This document shows positions 37,611 through 45,164 of a DNA stretch of 45,458 nt, piece after piece. Position 1 is the first letter of the stretch. The number at the start of each line of letters is the position of its first letter. The DNA is taken from the IMG/VR virus record IMGVR_UViG_3300032239_001406, positions 1-45,458 of that record; one strand, written 5' to 3'. Source of the DNA: a virus. Its lineage: Duplodnaviria > Caudoviricetes. The notes under the pieces are model-generated. The model made no database searches, was not told the DNA's origin, and saw only the letters and a list, made by a program, of their open reading frames with translations. The position numbers were made by a program, and so were the translations under genes.

Positions 37611-38386
37611 TGTCTTTAAACTTAAAGTTATTAATTAGAGAATCTATTGAACGTCTTTTAGAAGAAAATGTTAAATTTGCCGAAGGTGATAAAGTAAAAA
37701 CTACCGATGGAAAAGAAGGTACAATAACTTTAGCTAAACATCCTTTTTATGCTATTACATTAGATGATGGCGCTACTAAATCATATCATTTTTCTGATTT
37801 GATTAAAGGTGTTCAAGAAAAAATGGAATATAAAGGCGACTTAAATGAAGTATCTCCTTCATTAGCTTTCCATATCAAAAATGGTTTAAGTTTATTTGAA
37901 AACGTGTTTCGCCCTGAATCAAAAGCTTATTTTGATTTATTTACCGAAGCAAGAAAATTATATAAACAAGGATTACTAAAATTAACAACAGAAGAAATTG
38001 AATTACTTGAATCAGGTATTGGTGAAGCAGTAATTTTAGAAAACAAAACAATACATTTGGGTTTACCATTTTTAGGCGACCCTGAATTTTTAACTGAAGA
38101 AGAAAAGAAAAAAGATCCCCCAATTGGCAAACCAAAACGTGGTGGTTCTAAAAAATTCTATGTTTACGTTAAAAATCCAAAAACAAAGAAAATTAAAAAA
38201 GTATCATTCGGTGATACAACTGGGTTACGTGCAAAATTAAATAATCCTAAAGCAAGAAAAGCATTTGCTGCTCGACACAAATGCGCTCAAAAGAAAGATA
38301 GAACAAAAGCATCATATTGGTCATGTAGATTACCAAGATATGCAAAACTATTAGGTTTTAAAACATCATTTAGTGGATACTGGTAA
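37610..38386 (+). CDS. Multidomain protein: leader, KOW/SH3-like domain, helical domain, basic C-terminal Cys/His domain
   Basis: KLLIRESIERLLEE; FAEGDKVKT..GKEGTI; KKFYVYVKNPKTKKIKKVSFG..AFAARHKC..YWSC. Confidence 0.7.
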   Translation: MSLNLKLLIRESIERLLEENVKFAEGDKVKTTDGKEGTITLAKHPFYAITLDDGATKSYHFSDLIKGVQEKMEYKGDLNEVSPSLAFHIKNGLSLFENVFRPESKAYFDLFTEARKLYKQGLLKLTTEEIELLESGIGEAVILENKTIHLGLPFLGDPEFLTEEEKKKDPPIGKPKRGGSKKFYVYVKNPKTKKIKKVSFGDTTGLRAKLNNPKARKAFAARHKCAQKKDRTKASYWSCRLPRYAKLLGFKTSFSGYW

Positions 38387-38642
38387 ACCATACATCGACT
38401 TAGAAGTCACAGACAAGTATATTATAAGAGAGTTCAATGAGGGTATAGACCCCATTGAACTTCTTTGGCATCGTGATGATGAAGATCGCTTAATTGAAAT
38501 AATAGGAGACACAGATTGGCAAATACAACTTGAAAATCAATTGCCTGCCTCCATGAATAAGCCCATATTTATACCAAAACATGAATGGCACCGCACCATT
38601 AAGGGAACGGGCAAGTTGCGTTTAAAAATATATAAATTATGA
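38373..38642 (+). CDS. Small cupin-like protein
   Basis: LLWHRDDEDR, WQIQLENQLP, IFIPKHEWHRTIKG. Confidence 0.7.
   Translation: MDTGKPYIDLEVTDKYIIREFNEGIDPIELLWHRDDEDRLIEIIGDTDWQIQLENQLPASMNKPIFIPKHEWHRTIKGTGKLRLKIYKL
38565..38572 (+). promoter_or_regulatory. Possible intragenic late promoter for the lysis genes
   Basis: ATATTTAT about 66 nt upstream of the holin-like start. Confidence 0.35.
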
Positions 38643-38902
38643 GCTTCATTAAAGACTTGTTTAAAGACAACAACGACATCAACGAAAAATCAGTAGTTGG
38701 GTTCCTATCATTTTTTTGTATGGTAATTGCCCTAATTGTAGACCTAGTTACAGGTGCAATGGGTAAAGAAATGCCAATCAATCAATTTATTTTTGATGGC
38801 TTTTTAGTAGTTACCTTAGGTGCTTTCGGTATCGCTTCTGTTGATAAATTTATTAATAGAAAGAACGAAATCGAACAATTAAAACTTGATAACGATAAAT
38901 AA
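38639..38902 (+). CDS. Holin-like protein with two transmembrane segments
   Basis: Two hydrophobic segments and a charged C-terminal tail, directly upstream of the endolysin. Confidence 0.6.
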   Translation: MSFIKDLFKDNNDINEKSVVGFLSFFCMVIALIVDLVTGAMGKEMPINQFIFDGFLVVTLGAFGIASVDKFINRKNEIEQLKLDNDK

Positions 38903-38909
38903 TTAAAGT

Positions 38910-39509
38910 ATGGACTTAAATAAATTAAAAGGCCACGTGCCTGATACTGTTATCTCTCAGATTCCTGACGTGATGACTAAATTTAATATTGATAATCCAT
39001 TACGTTTAGCACACTTTTTAGCTCAATGTGGGCATGAAAGTGGTGGTTTTCGTTTAACTAAAGAAAACTTAAACTATAGTGCTAAAGGTTTAATGGGTAT
39101 ATTTAAAAAATATTTTCCTTCCGAAGCAAAAGCAAATGAATATGCAAGAAAACCAGAAAAAATTGCTAATTTGGTATATAGTAACAGAATGGGTAATGGT
39201 CCTGAATCAACAGGTGACGGAGCTAAGTTTTGTGGTCGCGGCTATATTCAATTAACTGGTAAAGATAACTATACAGCATTCGGTAAATCAATTAATGAAG
39301 ATATTGCTTCTAACCCACAGTTAGTTGCTGACAAATATGCTTTATTATCAGCTGCTTGGTTTTTTACAAAAAACAAATTACATTTAATAGCTGATGAAGG
39401 TGCTTCTGAATTGACTGTTACTAAGATAACTAAACGTGTTAATGGTGGTACAATCGGTTTACCTGATCGTATTAAACATTTTAAAGAATACTACGCTTTA
39501 TTAGCATAA
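38910..39509 (+). CDS. Endolysin, glycoside hydrolase family 19
   Basis: RLAHFLAQCGHESGGF, ENLNYS, GRGYIQLTGKDNY, SAAWFF, TKRVNGG.IGLPDR. Confidence 0.92.
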   Translation: MDLNKLKGHVPDTVISQIPDVMTKFNIDNPLRLAHFLAQCGHESGGFRLTKENLNYSAKGLMGIFKKYFPSEAKANEYARKPEKIANLVYSNRMGNGPESTGDGAKFCGRGYIQLTGKDNYTAFGKSINEDIASNPQLVADKYALLSAAWFFTKNKLHLIADEGASELTVTKITKRVNGGTIGLPDRIKHFKEYYALLA

Positions 39510-39510
39510 T

Positions 39511-39518
39511 ATATTTAT
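39511..39518 (+). promoter_or_regulatory. Putative late promoter ATATTTAT
   Basis: Intergenic, upstream of 39529. Confidence 0.7.
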
Positions 39519-39528
39519 ATACCGTAGA

Positions 39529-39915
39529 ATGATAAAACTAGCTGATATATTATGTGAAGTTCTTAACGAGGACAGATGCCAAAGAATAGCAAACAGACGC
39601 TATGACAAACCATCAGCATATAAATCAGGAGCAATTGTTCGTTGCCGTAAAGGTAATATTTGGAAAGGTATTAAAAATGAAGTAGCTTTACAAGAAAAAG
39701 AAACTTTACGTAAGTGGTTTGATAGACAAGGTGCACCCGGAAGTGGCGGAGGTTGGGTAGATTGTAATACTTGTCGTGAAGTAGATGGTAAAACAAAATG
39801 TAAATCATGTGGACGTCAAAAAGGAGAAAAGCGTGCTAAGTATCCATCATGTCGCCCCACACCCTCACAATGTAAAAGACCCGGCAAAGGTAAAACTTGG
39901 GGTAAAACAAAATAA
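39529..39915 (+). CDS. Basic Cys-rich small-domain protein with leader
   Basis: MIKLADILCEVLNE; DRC..PSAYKSGAIVRCRKG; LRKWF..WVDCNTC..CGR..KYPSCRP. Confidence 0.75.
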   Translation: MIKLADILCEVLNEDRCQRIANRRYDKPSAYKSGAIVRCRKGNIWKGIKNEVALQEKETLRKWFDRQGAPGSGGGWVDCNTCREVDGKTKCKSCGRQKGEKRAKYPSCRPTPSQCKRPGKGKTWGKTK

Positions 39916-39918
39916 AAC

Positions 39919-40482
39919 ATGAAACTAAAAGACATACTATTAGAAGTAGAATCAGAACAAAAAGTAGATGTTACCGTTGACGCAATTGGTCAAGAGTTAA
40001 AAAAATTAGCTGTAGGCGTTGAAGATGCCTTAGAAGATGCTGCAGAACAAAAAAGTGAAGCCGTATTAACATCTGCAAGTTTATTACTTGCACTTCCTAC
40101 TATGTTAGGATTAGTTGCTCGTGCCGGTAAAGCAGTAACATCTATAGTTCAAAAAACATTAGGTAAAAAACCAACTGACCAAAGTGGTACTGAAAAATAC
40201 TTCCAACAATTAGGTAGAGTAGCTGATGAATTACATCATTTATATATGAAACCAATTGAATTAGTTGTTAAAAAGTTTATTAAAGACCCTAAAAAAGCAC
40301 ATACTGTAGCAAGTGGTATATTCCATGTTATTGTAGCTGTAATGTGTGTTGCCTCTGGAGTTAGTGCTGTTAAAGCATTACAATCAAAAGAAATTTCAAT
40401 GGCTACTTTAGAATCAGCTTTATCAGCTGTTAAAGGTGGTGAAGTTAAAAATTATATGTCAAATTTATTAAAGTTAGCATAA
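39919..40482 (+). CDS. Helical protein with leader and two hydrophobic segments
   Basis: MKLKDILLE; [15 protein letters not shown]; [19 protein letters not shown]. Confidence 0.75.
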   Translation: MKLKDILLEVESEQKVDVTVDAIGQELKKLAVGVEDALEDAAEQKSEAVLTSASLLLALPTMLGLVARAGKAVTSIVQKTLGKKPTDQSGTEKYFQQLGRVADELHHLYMKPIELVVKKFIKDPKKAHTVASGIFHVIVAVMCVASGVSAVKALQSKEISMATLESALSAVKGGEVKNYMSNLLKLA

Positions 40483-40483
40483 C

Positions 40484-41374
40484 ATGAAAATTAGAATTAA
40501 AAAAATTAATGAAGATCCAATAGGTAAACAAGATATTTTATCTCGTGATTTATATAAATTAAAAATCAATAAACATATTTCTGATGCTTTTCATGATAAA
40601 ATTCATAAATTAATTCGTATAGGTGATTTAGCTAAAGCTGAAGAACTTTTAAATCGTGTTAAACCAGGTAAAGATGATTTTATTAATGTAGAAGCATTAG
40701 ACCCAGTAGGAAAAGAAGATTCTGATATTAATAATGATGGTAAATCAGATAAAACAGATAAATATCTTCAAGCAAAAAGAGATGCTATTGCTAAAAATAT
40801 GAAAGAAGGTAAAAAGATTTGTGAAACATGTGGCGGTACAGGATATATGGAAGAATCATTATACGAAAGCAAAAAGATTTGTGAAACTTGTGGTGGTTCA
40901 GGATACATGGAAGAATCATTATATGAAGATCATGAAGTTGGAATGGCTATTAATTTGTTAGATGATATTATAATGAATGCTCAACAATTAAAAATGAAGT
41001 TAGGTGGAGAAGAAAGAAATATCCCCGGATGGATTCAAGATCATATTTCACAAGCACAAAATTATATTAACCAGGCAAATACTAATTTTCATGAAGATAA
41101 TGATGTTAGAAATGACAACACTATAACAGAAGATGAAATGTCTGCAGAAGATGAATTTAACCAACTTATGAAACATTATGATTGGTATTTTGAAATGAGT
41201 GATGATGATAGAGTATATGATAAAGGAAAAGCATTAAATCGTAAATTATATGATTTAGCTAAATTTATTGGGTCAGACAAAGCAATAAAAATATTTAACC
41301 AATATGCTCCTAAAGGCAGACCTGGTCAAGAACATTTTTCAAGAACTATTACATCAATTGATCAATTAAGATAA
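40484..41374 (+). CDS. Mosaic protein with EF-hand-like DxNNDG motif and duplicated CxxCxGxG
   Basis: [24 protein letters not shown]; KKICETCGG(T/S)GYMEESLYE twice; PGWIQDHIS. Confidence 0.75.
   Translation: MKIRIKKINEDPIGKQDILSRDLYKLKINKHISDAFHDKIHKLIRIGDLAKAEELLNRVKPGKDDFINVEALDPVGKEDSDINNDGKSDKTDKYLQAKRDAIAKNMKEGKKICETCGGTGYMEESLYESKKICETCGGSGYMEESLYEDHEVGMAINLLDDIIMNAQQLKMKLGGEERNIPGWIQDHISQAQNYINQANTNFHEDNDVRNDNTITEDEMSAEDEFNQLMKHYDWYFEMSDDDRVYDKGKALNRKLYDLAKFIGSDKAIKIFNQYAPKGRPGQEHFSRTITSIDQLR
40811..40927 (+). repeat. 60-nt period tandem duplication (2 copies)
   Basis: aaaaagatttgtgaaac(a/t)tgtgg(c/t)ggt(a/t)caggata(t/c)atggaagaatcattata(c/t)gaa at 40811 and 40871. Confidence 0.95.
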
Positions 41375-42786
41375 TGAAATTTAAATTATCAAAAGAAAGT
41401 GTCCAAAAGTTACGCGGAATCGTAAGTAACGAAGCATCGGATTTTGTTCATGAACAAGCCGAAGAAGTTATTTCGTTTGAGTCTAACCCAATGGAATATA
41501 TTTTAAATAAGTATCCTTCATTAGAGGGTACGTTGCAAGATTTACTTACAGATCATTTCCGTGATTATGTTACGGGAATTTTTGTTGTGGCTCCTAAACC
41601 AACAACGTTTAAAGTTTTGTTACATAACGGACAAATGTTTTTTTTAATATATGGACCAAAATCATATATTGCTAAAGTAGTAGGAAAAACATATTACTTA
41701 CTTAATTTAAACGAAGAAGAAAGTGCAGTGTTAGCAATTGCTAATTTATTACAATTAGGTAGACCTCCAGGATCACAAGGTCCAGACGCTGAAACAAGTT
41801 CAGAAGCACCTACTAGTGATGAAGGTGGTGAAGAAGAAGCACCAGCAGAAGAAGAAGCACCCGCAGAAGAGGAACCAGTAACAGAATCTATAAAAAAAAA
41901 GATTAAGTTAATACTTAGAGAAACTCCTGAACAAATCCAACAGGATTTAGAACCTTTAGGATATAAAGAAAAAGATTTTAAAAAAATATCTGGTAAACAA
42001 GTTAAATTATTAGTACCAGGTAAAGAAAGAAAAGTAGTAGCTGATAAAATTGCTAAAAATCTTGGTTACAAACAAGATAAAGAAATTTCTACAAAACTTA
42101 TAGCGGATGATGGTACTGTTTTATTAGTTAAACCTGTTGAACAACAAGGTGATGCTACAGTTCATATTGAATTAGAAGCATTAGCTGGTTTATTAAAACA
42201 ACTAAAAGAATTAGGTTCAGCTAATATCAAAGTAGGAGGAAAAGTATATAAAGACATTACAGACGGGTATAAAGTACAAGGTACACCTAAAGCTGACTTA
42301 GCTTTAACTAACTCTAAAGGTACTCCTGTAATTTTTATATCACATAAAGATGGAGACTCAGCAAAAGATTTCCAACAATATGGGGGTGTTACAGCATATG
42401 CTGACAATCCTGAAGTTAAATCATTTGCTAAAGCAGTACTAAAAAAATCACCAGGTGGTGTAATGCCTCAAGGTGGTGGATTTAAAAGAAAAGTAAAAGA
42501 CGAAGAACTTATCCGTAAATCAATTTATGGTAAAGGATATGGTGGTGCTTTTAATGAGAATAATGTTCAAGTAGTATGTCAAGGACCTTTATATTTAGAA
42601 AAATCATCAGGTAACACATACGAATTAAAGAGTAATCACAATGTGTATAATGGTACTGTTCCCGGAGAAGGCTATACAGCATATCTTATGGCAACGTTCC
42701 GTAGAGGAAGAAATGATTTAGGCGTTAAAAGTTGTAGAATGGGTATTTATCCAGAAGCAACAAGAAAAACAGCACAAAATATATAA
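41374..42786 (+). CDS. Two-part protein: N-terminal domain, acidic linker, C-terminal restriction-endonuclease-like (PD-(D/E)xK) domain
   Basis: PKPTTFKVLLHNGQ.F; EEEAPA repeats; TPKADLAL...FISHKDG..FQQYGG. Confidence 0.6.
   Translation: MKFKLSKESVQKLRGIVSNEASDFVHEQAEEVISFESNPMEYILNKYPSLEGTLQDLLTDHFRDYVTGIFVVAPKPTTFKVLLHNGQMFFLIYGPKSYIAKVVGKTYYLLNLNEEESAVLAIANLLQLGRPPGSQGPDAETSSEAPTSDEGGEEEAPAEEEAPAEEEPVTESIKKKIKLILRETPEQIQQDLEPLGYKEKDFKKISGKQVKLLVPGKERKVVADKIAKNLGYKQDKEISTKLIADDGTVLLVKPVEQQGDATVHIELEALAGLLKQLKELGSANIKVGGKVYKDITDGYKVQGTPKADLALTNSKGTPVIFISHKDGDSAKDFQQYGGVTAYADNPEVKSFAKAVLKKSPGGVMPQGGGFKRKVKDEELIRKSIYGKGYGGAFNENNVQVVCQGPLYLEKSSGNTYELKSNHNVYNGTVPGEGYTAYLMATFRRGRNDLGVKSCRMGIYPEATRKTAQNI
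41830..41880 (+). repeat. 18-nt repeat encoding an EEEAPA linker
   Basis: gaagaagaagcaccagca gaagaagaagcacccgca gaagaggaacca. Confidence 0.85.
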
Positions 42787-42787
42787 C

Positions 42788-42895
42788 ATGGGAACAAAAG
42801 CAAAAAAACCAAGACCAATGAGGTCTAAAAAATCAGGAGTTAAAAAATTAGCTCTAGTAAAAAGTAATTTAGAAATTTTAAATAAATTAAAATAA
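42788..42895 (+). CDS. 35-aa basic peptide absent from the ORF track
   Basis: MGTKAKKPRPMRSKKSGVKKLALVKSNLEILNKLK; fills the gap exactly and is TAATG-coupled to 42895. Confidence 0.7.
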   Translation: MGTKAKKPRPMRSKKSGVKKLALVKSNLEILNKLK

Positions 42896-43602
42896 TGAAA
42901 CAGCAACTTAATGAAATCCGCAGAATGCAAAAGTTAGCGGGAATTTTAGTTGAAAATGAATTAGATTTGGATGTTCCTGCTGCCACAATAGACATGAAAG
43001 TATTATCTAAATTTACAGAAAATGGAAAGTATGGTACTAATTCAAGTCAACATATTTTAACACTTAAAAAACCATCAGACGACTCTTTAACTGCAGCTAA
43101 AGACGCTTTAACTAAAATAAAAGAAATAAATAATTATTTAAAGCAAACTAATGGTGGAAGTAAATGGTTTTTAAGAGGAATTACTATGGGATATCAAAAT
43201 CCAAAAGCTATGGAAATAGCTAATGAACTTAAAAAACTACACCCATCAGGAGAGGTGAAAGCATTTAATAAAGATAATGTATTCTTTTACTTAAACCCAG
43301 AATCCACATTAAAAGAAGAACAAGATATTGATTATTTTAGTCCTGATAGAACTCGAGGAGGATATGAACATGCTCAATATTGGGATGATGCTAATAATGA
43401 ATTAGAGTTAGGATTTGATGAAGATCAAGATCTTTTAGATATAGCTAATAACGCTGATGAACCATGGCAGAGAGCTTTTGCTAATCAAGTAATTAAAAAT
43501 GCAAAAGCAAAAATTGATTCCTTTTTTGGGAGTGCAAGACAGGAATATCAACTTTTTAAAAATATAGTTAAAAAAGCATATGAAGATAACAATCCTTTTT
43601 AA
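42895..43602 (+). CDS. Hypothetical protein with LNE..RMQKLAGI leader
   Basis: MKQQLNEIRRMQKLAGILVENE; internal TLKEE. Confidence 0.75.
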   Translation: MKQQLNEIRRMQKLAGILVENELDLDVPAATIDMKVLSKFTENGKYGTNSSQHILTLKKPSDDSLTAAKDALTKIKEINNYLKQTNGGSKWFLRGITMGYQNPKAMEIANELKKLHPSGEVKAFNKDNVFFYLNPESTLKEEQDIDYFSPDRTRGGYEHAQYWDDANNELELGFDEDQDLLDIANNADEPWQRAFANQVIKNAKAKIDSFFGSARQEYQLFKNIVKKAYEDNNPF

Positions 43603-43613
43603 TTAAACATATA

Positions 43614-43651
43614 GACAGATTCATAGCCTGTCGCATCGAATAATATTATGC
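43614..43651 (+). other. Two adjacent small hairpins, candidate structured RNA
   Basis: GACAG-ATTCATAGC-CTGTC and GCAT-N11-ATGC. Confidence 0.35.
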
Positions 43652-43655
43652 AGCT

Positions 43656-43689
43656 GTGGCGCACCCAAAAGGTGTGCCACTCTCTTTTT
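43656..43689 (+). terminator. Rho-independent terminator
   Basis: GTGGCGCACC-CAAAA-GGTGTGCCAC (one G-U pair) followed by TCTCTTTTT. Confidence 0.85.
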
Positions 43690-43718
43690 GGTAAATCAAA
43701 AAAATTTAATTATCTTTA
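43687..43718 (+). promoter_or_regulatory. Host-sigma-type promoter
   Basis: TTTG 43687-43690, 20-nt spacer, TATCTTTA 43711-43718. Confidence 0.7.
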
Positions 43719-43723
43719 CAAAT

Positions 43724-45118
43724 ATGAATAAAAAAATAGTAATCGTAGGTGCAGGTGTTGCAGGAATCAACGCTGCTACAAAGTTAGTTGATAATGGCTA
43801 TCCTGGTGAATTGATAACCATTATAGATAAAGGAAACGACCCACATAATCGTTTACCTGAAGAAGTAATGACTGGTATGTTAGGTGCTGGTGGTTGGAGT
43901 GATGGTAAATTAACTTACCATACTGCTATTGGTGGTCAATTAGCCAAATATTGTGGTGAAGAAAAAGCAATGGAGTTGATGAAACAAGTAGTAGATAACT
44001 TTACTCGTTTCCACCCTAAACCAGACGAAATATTCATGTCTGATCCTCAGGAAGAACCAGAATTTATTAAACCATATTTTGGTTTGAGAATGTTCCCTGT
44101 ATGGCACATTGGATCTAATTTCTTACATGAGATTGCTAAAACATGGTATCAATATTTGTTAGATAAAGGTGTTAGATTTAACTGGTTAGAACAAGTTGAT
44201 AGAATTGATTTTGAATACAAAGTAGTACATAGTCATACTTTAACTAAAGATGGACTTCATCATTTTGATGCTCGCTTTACCCACTATGATGAATTAATAT
44301 TCGCAGTAGGCAAATCAGGTATTGATTTTGCTCAAAAATTAGCTGATGATTATAAATTACCTAATGAACCTAAATCAGTACAAATTGGTGTTCGATTTGA
44401 AGCACCACAAAAATATTTTCAAAAACTAATTGATGTTAGTTATGATTTTAAATTATACCAAAAATTCGATAATGTATCTTTACGTTCATTCTGTACTAAT
44501 AACAATGCAGCTTATGTTGCTGTGGAAGAGACTTATGGGGATGTAAGTTATAATGGTCACGCTAAGAAAGGTGAAGAATTTAGAAACAATATGACCAATT
44601 TTGGTATATTGATGGAAATTAAGGGTATTGAAGACCCGTTTGCTTGGAGTAGAAATGTAGTTGATAAATGTAATTTTAGTGGTACAATTCCTAGGTTTGA
44701 AAATGATGGAATTAGTAATTTTAATTTTAGAGCAGGGTTATATTATTCACCAAACCAAACTAGAAAACCATCTAATACATCTGAAGGTAATGTAGTTACT
44801 TGTATTGAATTATTTTCTGGTTTAGATCAAGTTAGAAAAGCATTTGGTGGTTACTTTGAACATATCGAAAACTTTATTAATGATATGAATAATGTATTTA
44901 ACTTTGGTGATGATTGGGGTATGTACATTCCTGAGGTAAAATATCTTAGCCCTGAACCATTAGTTAATTATCATAATTTATCCTTAACAGAATACCCTAA
45001 TGTGTATTTCGTAGGTGATGCTTTATCAGCTCGTGGTATTACAGTATCAGGTGCTCATGGTATTTATGTTGCCGAAAAATTAATTCAACATAACCATCTT
45101 GTAGAATTAACTCAATAA
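43724..45118 (+). CDS. FAD-dependent oxidoreductase (HI0933-like/COG2509-like); start revised to ATG 43724
   Basis: IVIVGAGVAG, GAGGWSDGKL, HIGS, AVGKSG, IGVRFE, RSFCTN, NGHA, TNFGIL, YFVGD..ARGITVSGAHG. Confidence 0.88.
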   Translation: MNKKIVIVGAGVAGINAATKLVDNGYPGELITIIDKGNDPHNRLPEEVMTGMLGAGGWSDGKLTYHTAIGGQLAKYCGEEKAMELMKQVVDNFTRFHPKPDEIFMSDPQEEPEFIKPYFGLRMFPVWHIGSNFLHEIAKTWYQYLLDKGVRFNWLEQVDRIDFEYKVVHSHTLTKDGLHHFDARFTHYDELIFAVGKSGIDFAQKLADDYKLPNEPKSVQIGVRFEAPQKYFQKLIDVSYDFKLYQKFDNVSLRSFCTNNNAAYVAVEETYGDVSYNGHAKKGEEFRNNMTNFGILMEIKGIEDPFAWSRNVVDKCNFSGTIPRFENDGISNFNFRAGLYYSPNQTRKPSNTSEGNVVTCIELFSGLDQVRKAFGGYFEHIENFINDMNNVFNFGDDWGMYIPEVKYLSPEPLVNYHNLSLTEYPNVYFVGDALSARGITVSGAHGIYVAEKLIQHNHLVELTQ

Positions 45119-45120
45119 TA

Positions 45121-45152
45121 TTTGGAGTAGTAAAAATAAGGTCGTACCTTTA
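45121..45152 (+). promoter_or_regulatory. Host-sigma-type promoter
   Basis: TTTG 45121-45124, 20-nt spacer ending GTCG, TACCTTTA 45145-45152. Confidence 0.7.
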
Positions 45153-45164
45153 AACAAAAAGGTT

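Noticed and set aside
1365-42930. All minus-strand ORFs in the track (60-120 aa)
   Set aside because: Each lies antisense to a better-supported + strand gene, has no recognisable motif and looks like a shadow of AT-rich codon usage
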